Shown in pieces: positions 9,165 to 14,570 of a DNA stretch of 14,570 bases (positions within the stretch are counted from its first letter, which is position 1; every line of letters starts with the position of its first letter). The notes beneath the pieces were generated by a model. It did not search any database, was not told the origin of the DNA, and saw only the letters and a list, made by a program, of their open reading frames with translations. The stretch is from Zygophlyctis sp. KS116 (Eukaryota > Fungi > Chytridiomycota). The translations under genes and the position numbers were made by a program. The DNA is taken from contig BAAFSQ010000247.1 in assembly GCA_054661495.1 (NCBI GenBank), positions 1 through 14,570 on the forward strand, in the 5' to 3' direction.

Positions 9165-11080
9165 ATGTTTGATGATTCCCAAAGAGCCGGAGGTAATATA
9201 CCATCTATAACAATAGCTTGCTTGCTTTCACAGGCCGCTGATTACACAAGTGTCCAGCCGATTCCACGAGAAGGCATTAGACGGCATACAAAGGCACTGT
9301 ATTTTGATGCGCATGAAGGCGGCTTTAACGTTTATGGTATGTAAATCATGATTAATTTTAGACCATTATGATAATTATTCTTTGACCTCTGCTGATGACA
9401 CAAAGGACTATCAGATATTTGGCGTTGTTGGATATATGGATTTTGGTGAGGAAACTTGGTTAATATTAGGATTTGCTCAGTATCTATGTGTAATCACTGA
9501 TCGCAAATTGGCTGCTGAAGTTTGTAATTTTGCCATTTGGAAGATTCTCTCAGTCTCAATGATTCGGATCTCAAGGGCAAAGACAATGTCGCTCGCCGAA
9601 GAGGAGCAGGAGATTCAGTATGTTAATGCAATAGTTGACACATTCTCTACTAAATCTTGCTATTATTCTTTAAATTTGGATTTAACTACAACTATGCAGC
9701 AGGCACAAGCTAAAAATTTAAATCATTTGACTGAAGGGGATACATTTCGGTCTCTTAATCCAAAATTTTGTTGGAATTGGCATTGGATTGAGCCATTAAT
9801 CCAAGATCAATGCACTCATCCATATATTATACCAGTTGTATGTGGATTTATTGATTCAATTTTTATGTCATCAATTCCAATGTTATTCAAGTCTGTACTG
9901 AACAGAAGTAGAGTTGGTACAAGATTCTGGAAAAGAGGAGCAAACTCAAATGGTGATTGTGTTATGGATGTATTGACAGAGTTTACGCTATTTCATCCGA
10001 ATTATGTAGCTTCCTATTGTATTAGAAGGGGATCTATACCTTTATTTTGGAGACACGAGGAAGTGGATCCTTTATATATTCCTTCAATTAACATTTCTGA
10101 TGCAAATAGTAACGGCTCAAAAATTGCATGTTTTTCACATCTTTCAAACTTAGGAAATCAGTTTGGAACTCCAGTGATCGCTTTAGATATTCTTGAAAAA
10201 TCCCAAACTGATCTCTCTTGTATTTTTGCAGAGACAATTGGAGAAATGAACCCAAGCAGATTCCTATATATGAAAAAAAACCCACAGTTTCTAAATTCAA
10301 AAAGAAATTTTAAGAAGTTTATGGATGTGGAATTATCAAATCATATCAAAGAACTTAAATTTTTCCTCGTGAATGTTGACGATAAAAAGTTTGCGGAAGA
10401 ATACCAATTTAGGCAAAATGGAATATTTAGGTATTTTTGATTTTACTAATACTAGAGTCTCGTCTGTAGATTGCGTAGATGAAACCGACGTAGCGCAGTT
10501 TTTGATTTGTAAAAAAGCTCTTATTCATATTTTAAAAACCATTGGGGAGCTGGGCAACTCGGCTGAGTCTTTGGACAGGCTCGATCAGCTCAATTTTGAG
10601 AAGCTATGGATGAAAAATGGTGATGCTCTATCAAGAATATACACGGGGACTATCAGTATTAATAGATCATTAGAGTATGGATATTTTTCATTCCTTTTCA
10701 AAAAGATTTATATTGGAATCTCAAGAGCGTACCTAAACTGTTTTACAGATCAAGTTCGGCAGGACAAATTGAACATATTTATGAATCAATTGACCGATGG
10801 ACATAATCCGTTGATTTCACCAATCGCAAATGATATTCACAACATTCGAATGCAAATTAGACAAGCTATCAATCAGAGAGAATTTTCAAGCAAAGTCAAT
10901 TTATCGACATTTTTCTTCATTCAAACATGGATACTACCACGTACAGTTGATGGTTTCATCCAATTTCTCGCAGCGGTTTTTTGGCTCATCATATATATAT
11001 TGTATCGAATATTTGGCTTTAGGCCAAATGATCTTGTTCGAAAAACAATGTCTTTACAGACGATGCCTCAGGTGAATTAG
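9165..11080 (+). CDS. SAC1-family phosphoinositide phosphatase-like protein, predicted catalytically inactive (exons 9165-9336, 9362-10430, 10456-11080)
   Basis: 25-nt introns at 9337-9361 and 10431-10455. SAC motifs IFGVVG, YYS..LDLT, FCWN, RSRVGTRFWKRG, RGSIPLFW, QNGIFR, LWMKNGDALSRIYTGT, FTDQVRQD, and a C-terminal hydrophobic anchor. The P-loop reads SVDCVDET instead of CxDCLDRT. The first exon is less certain. Confidence 0.85.
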
Positions 11081-11125
11081 TAGATTCAATCCAAAATACA
11101 ATTTTAGTACAAATAACAAACTCTT

Positions 11126-12060
11126 CTACTTTTGATATGAGATTGAGAATTTTCTGAAATGGGTATATTGTGTTGTCGGAGTAGCCCAAGAGGCATCACT
11201 TCCTCCAAAAAAGGTTTCAAATTGCATGCCAATAAAAGGTATTGGAGTATCTCCCTGCCAGGCCATCTTATCAAAGTATATAACTAGTTGCCCATTATAA
11301 TAAACTCTCAAAATCCCATTGGCTTTTCCTAAAGTATTTAACGTTATACTCTGTTGTAAACTATTCCATGTGCCAGGCTTAAACCTGAATGAGCCACGTC
11401 CGACACTATCACCATAAACAGGATCACAAACAGTCAGGCGGGGTATTTGACAATAAGAAGGAACCTGCTTTAGCGGGTTTACATATAGATAAATTTCTCC
11501 AACTCCTGATTGCCGAAACTATAAATAAATAAATCTTTATCATCTTCATCATACCATAAAGCGAGTGGAGAAGCAATCAGTGGCACCACTCCCACCTGAG
11601 CAAGACATTCGACCAGCGAAAATGCCAGGAAGTTTCCCCCCCTTTACAAAGTTGAAATTGGAAGGGAAATAGACTTGATAAGACAATGTAACTGTCTTAG
11701 CGGTTGAAAGATCTAACGGATCTGCATAAAATCCCAATCCTCCGACTGGAATTGCAGATGGTTTATAACTTCCTGCTGGATATCTAATTATCATGATACA
11801 TAGATAATATACTTGATCTTAATTACGGTGTCCGATCCCAAAGGATTCTTTACAAATTCTTGATTTCCATTACCATAAGCTACTTTTATGATATTTCCAA
11901 AGCTATTCATAGATGTGATATTTTCAACACACCACGATTGGGCTGTAGCTCTCTTTACTACCGAACTGCGGTGATTTAGTAGATACTGGGGAACGCTCGG
12001 GGAGGCAAGAGACAGGACGATTGTATCCAAAAACAAAAATGCCTTGAGCAAAGTAATCAT
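11126..12060 (-). CDS. Secreted polysaccharide lyase family 14 (alginate/glucuronan lyase-like), paralog B, no Cys module (exons 12060-11813, 11783-11555, 11518-11126)
   Basis: Signal peptide and propeptide ending VVKR. Introns 11812-11784 (29 nt) and 11554-11519 (36 nt). PL14 motifs YPAGS, GGLGFY, F.FVKGGKLPG, CSGG, CFSTRFMFR, GEIYLY, YGDSVGRGSF, FETFFGGSDASWATP. Confidence 0.9.
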
Positions 12061-12145
12061 TTATTTATCCAAATGAGTAACCTATAACAATTCTGACACT
12101 CCAAAATGCGGAGTTTGATTAAATGAATGCAAGAATGAATCACTT

Positions 12146-13228
12146 TTATTTATAAGTAATTGAGAAATCTTTGTAGTATGAATATTGAGTAACTGGTGAT
12201 GCCCAGGAAGCATCTGATCCACCAAAAAATGTTTCGAATTGAATACCAATAAATGGTATTTTAGTGGCACCTTGCCATGCAACTTGATTGAATGATATGA
12301 CTACTTTTCCATTGCAAGAGACTTCTAACTTCCCATTAGTCTGTCCGATAGTATTTAATGTAATAGTTTGAGAAACTGAAGTCCAAGCACCAGTTGCAAA
12401 AGTAAATGCACCTCTTCCAATACTGGTTCCATAAACTGCATTACATTCACTGAATGGAGGAATTTGACAGATTGCAGGTACCTGAGCACTATCATCCAGA
12501 TACGCATATAGTTCACCAAGTCCGCCTTTACGAAACTAGGTATTTAGATTATTGTAATCAAACCATGAATCTAGTAGAAAAGCAATCTTTCCCAGCGGAT
12601 CCACCAGAGCAACTAGGACGTCCACCAAATAATCCTGGAAGCTTCCCTCCCTTCACAAAGTTAAAGTTTGGAGGAAAGTAGACCTTGTAAGACAGAGTAA
12701 CAGTTGTGGCTTTAGATAAATTAACAGGATCAGCATAAAATCCAGTTCCTCCAACTACTGCTCCAGAAGGATTAAAACTTCCTGCAGGGTACCTTGAATT
12801 AGTGATACATTTAATTACTTTATCTTGATTGTAGAGCCACTGGAACCTGTCGGATCTGGCGAAAACGCTTGATTTTGGCTCCCGTATGATACCTTTATGA
12901 TGTGACCAAAATCAGACAAAGAAGAAATACTGTTAGCCGACCATTGACTATTAGAAACTGGCCGATCAATTGGAACCGTTGGCTTGACTGTAAACCCTGC
13001 CGGCTTCCCAACATCACAAAAGTTTGCAGTACAAGATCCAGATATACAATCATTCTCAACAGTACAAGGAAATCCAAAAGGGCATTTATACTGGCATCCA
13101 AGTGATGGCGCACCACAACCCAGTTCAGACAAACAATCCGCATTAATTCCAGCATTATATAATGCAAGAACTGAAATTAATAATATTGTAAAAGAATGCT
13201 GTGCCTCACTTATAATAGTATAAATCAT
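12146..13228 (-). CDS. Secreted polysaccharide lyase family 14, paralog A, with N-terminal 8-Cys module (exons 13228-12819, 12792-12564, 12535-12146)
   Basis: Introns 12818-12793 (26 nt) and 12563-12536 (28 nt) lie at the same codon positions as in paralog B. Spliced: KYPAGSFNPS..GGTGFYADP..FNFVKGGKLPGLFGG..CFSTRFMFRKGGLGELYAY..YGTSIGRGAF..FETFFGGSDASWASP..DFSITYK*. Exons 2-3 are absent from the ORF track. Confidence 0.9.
13007..13135 (-). other. 8-Cys module, copy 3 (on PL14 paralog A)
   Basis: CLSELGCGAPSLGCQYKCPFGFPCTVENDCISGSCTANFCDVG; no intron inside. Confidence 0.9.
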
Positions 13229-13267
13229 TAATTATCTTGAATTGAAACAATGAGGGATGAATGACGT

Positions 13268-14009
13268 CTATTTTTTAGCCTTGGATCCTTTAAAACTGGC
13301 CTTGATCTCTTTTTTATCCATGGATCTATCTTTCCATTCTGATTTTTGAACTTTACAAGGCCTTTGTCCTATATATTTTCCTATAATTTAAAAATCTTGG
13401 CATACCATCCATTTCTTTTAGTGCATTAAGATAGTCTGTCGCATCTTTAAATGATACAAAACCATATCCTTTAGTTTTACCTGTTTTCTTATCTCTGATG
13501 ACTCTTGCTTTTTGTATTGAAGAATATTTATTGAATGCCTTGTACAAGAGTTCATCGGTTGCCTCATTTCCAATATCACCAACAAAAATCCTATAATCAT
13601 TTTGATCCCAGTCCATCATTGATGCATCCTTCCAAGTCTCTCCACCACCCTTTCTATAAATACTTTTAACTCCAGAACTAGTGGCAGCAGGAGCTTTTAT
13701 CTTGTAAACCTTTGAATGTTTTTTAACTGTAATTCCCATTTTTTCAATGGCTTGTAGAGTTACATTGGGCTTATGATATCCAAGAGGATAAGGAGCAGCA
13801 CCAGCCATTTTATGAACAGCAGCGACTTGTTTTCCTGCAGAAAACTCATAGACTGGACCAATTTCATTTACAGATGATAATGCAGCAGGATTTAGACAAG
13901 GTTCAGCAACTATAGAAAAAGTCTCTTCTTTTGCAGGAATATTAAAAGTATTAGAACTATCCAAATACTGATTAAAATAACTGTCGTCAAACTCTTCGTC
14001 CTGATCCAT
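13268..14009 (-). CDS. RBM42: RNA-binding protein 42 (RRM; U4/U6.U5 tri-snRNP-associated) (exons 14009-13406, 13380-13268)
   Basis: RKGGGETWKDASMMDWDQNDYRIFVGDIGNE...RDKKTGKTKGYGFVSF...ALKEMDG. Removing the 25-nt intron 13405-13381 restores KYIGQRPCKVQKSEWKDR, the typical RBM42 C-terminus. First in-frame ATG is 14009. Confidence 0.9.
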
Positions 14010-14570
14010 TAGGGTTTTACAGTTACTCAAATTGAACTACATCTCAATAATACATTGAATAAACTTATCTGTTCAATGATCAACTTGCATTGAGACCCTG
14101 ATGCACTACTGTGGACTCCAATTCCAATTCATCCAAAGCTTGGCTTGCTGCCTATAATAGAGATTTTATTTAAAGTCGATAAAGCCTTAAAATCGCATGC
14201 CTGAATTCAATTAGTATTGAAATGATCTCTTATCTTTCCGGAAATACTAAATTTTACAATGTTCGGACACGATTAGAATAAATCTAATTTGATTCTTCTC
14301 ATTACATTATGATGGATTTTACAAATAGTTCAAAATTCAAAAAAATTTAATTTCAGATTTTTATGAAAATTCCTAGTAAATTTAACAAGATTGTTATTGT
14401 TCGACTCATAATCCTTCAAAATCAGGACCAGGGCCGGGTCAAAACACGTTATTTGTGTTGTTTGATAGTATATGTTAGAACCGCTAACGTCCTTTTCTGT
14501 TACACATTCAATGCTTGGTTAAATACTTTTCTTATGCTTTTGGGCTTGGTCGATAATTTGATGCTTGCTT

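Noticed and set aside
5027-13405. Fragmented ORFs read as pseudogenes, frameshifts or an alternative genetic code
   Set aside because: Every break examined is bridged by a short GT-AG intron that restores frame and conserved motifs under the standard code.
1262-13600. Antisense or alternate-frame ORFs in the track (e.g. 1262-1462, 2224-2466, 3653-4057, 5124-5375, 7137-7346, 7676-7981, 8432-8764, 10088-10300, 10830-11075, 12082-12282, 12454-12681, 12895-13167, 12902-13105, 12984-13223, 13418-13600)
   Set aside because: They are shadows of well-supported genes with no recognisable motifs. Only the 3' end of 3672-3929 and part of 3966-4154 are real exons.
14031-14570. Possible gene fragments on the minus strand (e.g. 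AASQALDELELESTVVHQGLNAS*)
   Set aside because: Short open stretches with no recognisable homology or consistent splice model; a truncated gene cannot be excluded.

Overview
This is very gene-dense, AT-rich eukaryotic DNA. It is probably from an early-diverging (chytrid-like) fungus, inferred from the fungal-type histone H3 C-terminus, Brr6/Brl1, PL14 and RalGAP-beta. The ORF track is fragmented because the genes are split by at least 23 tiny GT-AG introns of 24-36 nt, which I placed by hand. Gene order: histone H3 3' end (+), Brr6/Brl1 (+), TM coiled-coil orphan (+), secreted CAP/PR-1 protein (+), secreted DPBB expansin/loosenin-like protein (+), RalGAP-beta (-, 12 introns), SAC-domain protein with a dead catalytic loop (+), two tandem secreted PL14 polysaccharide lyases (-), RBM42 (-). 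The main finding is that three unrelated secreted proteins (CAP, DPBB, PL14) carry the same ~40-aa, 8-cysteine N-terminal module (C-x5-CG-x2/5-C-x3-C-x-FGFPC-x4-DC-x-S-x-SCT-x2-FCDVG). In the CAP gene the ORF track misses it completely. It could be an uncharacterised targeting, carbohydrate-binding or docking module of a clustered cell-wall-attack secretome. All family calls come from motif recognition, not database searches.
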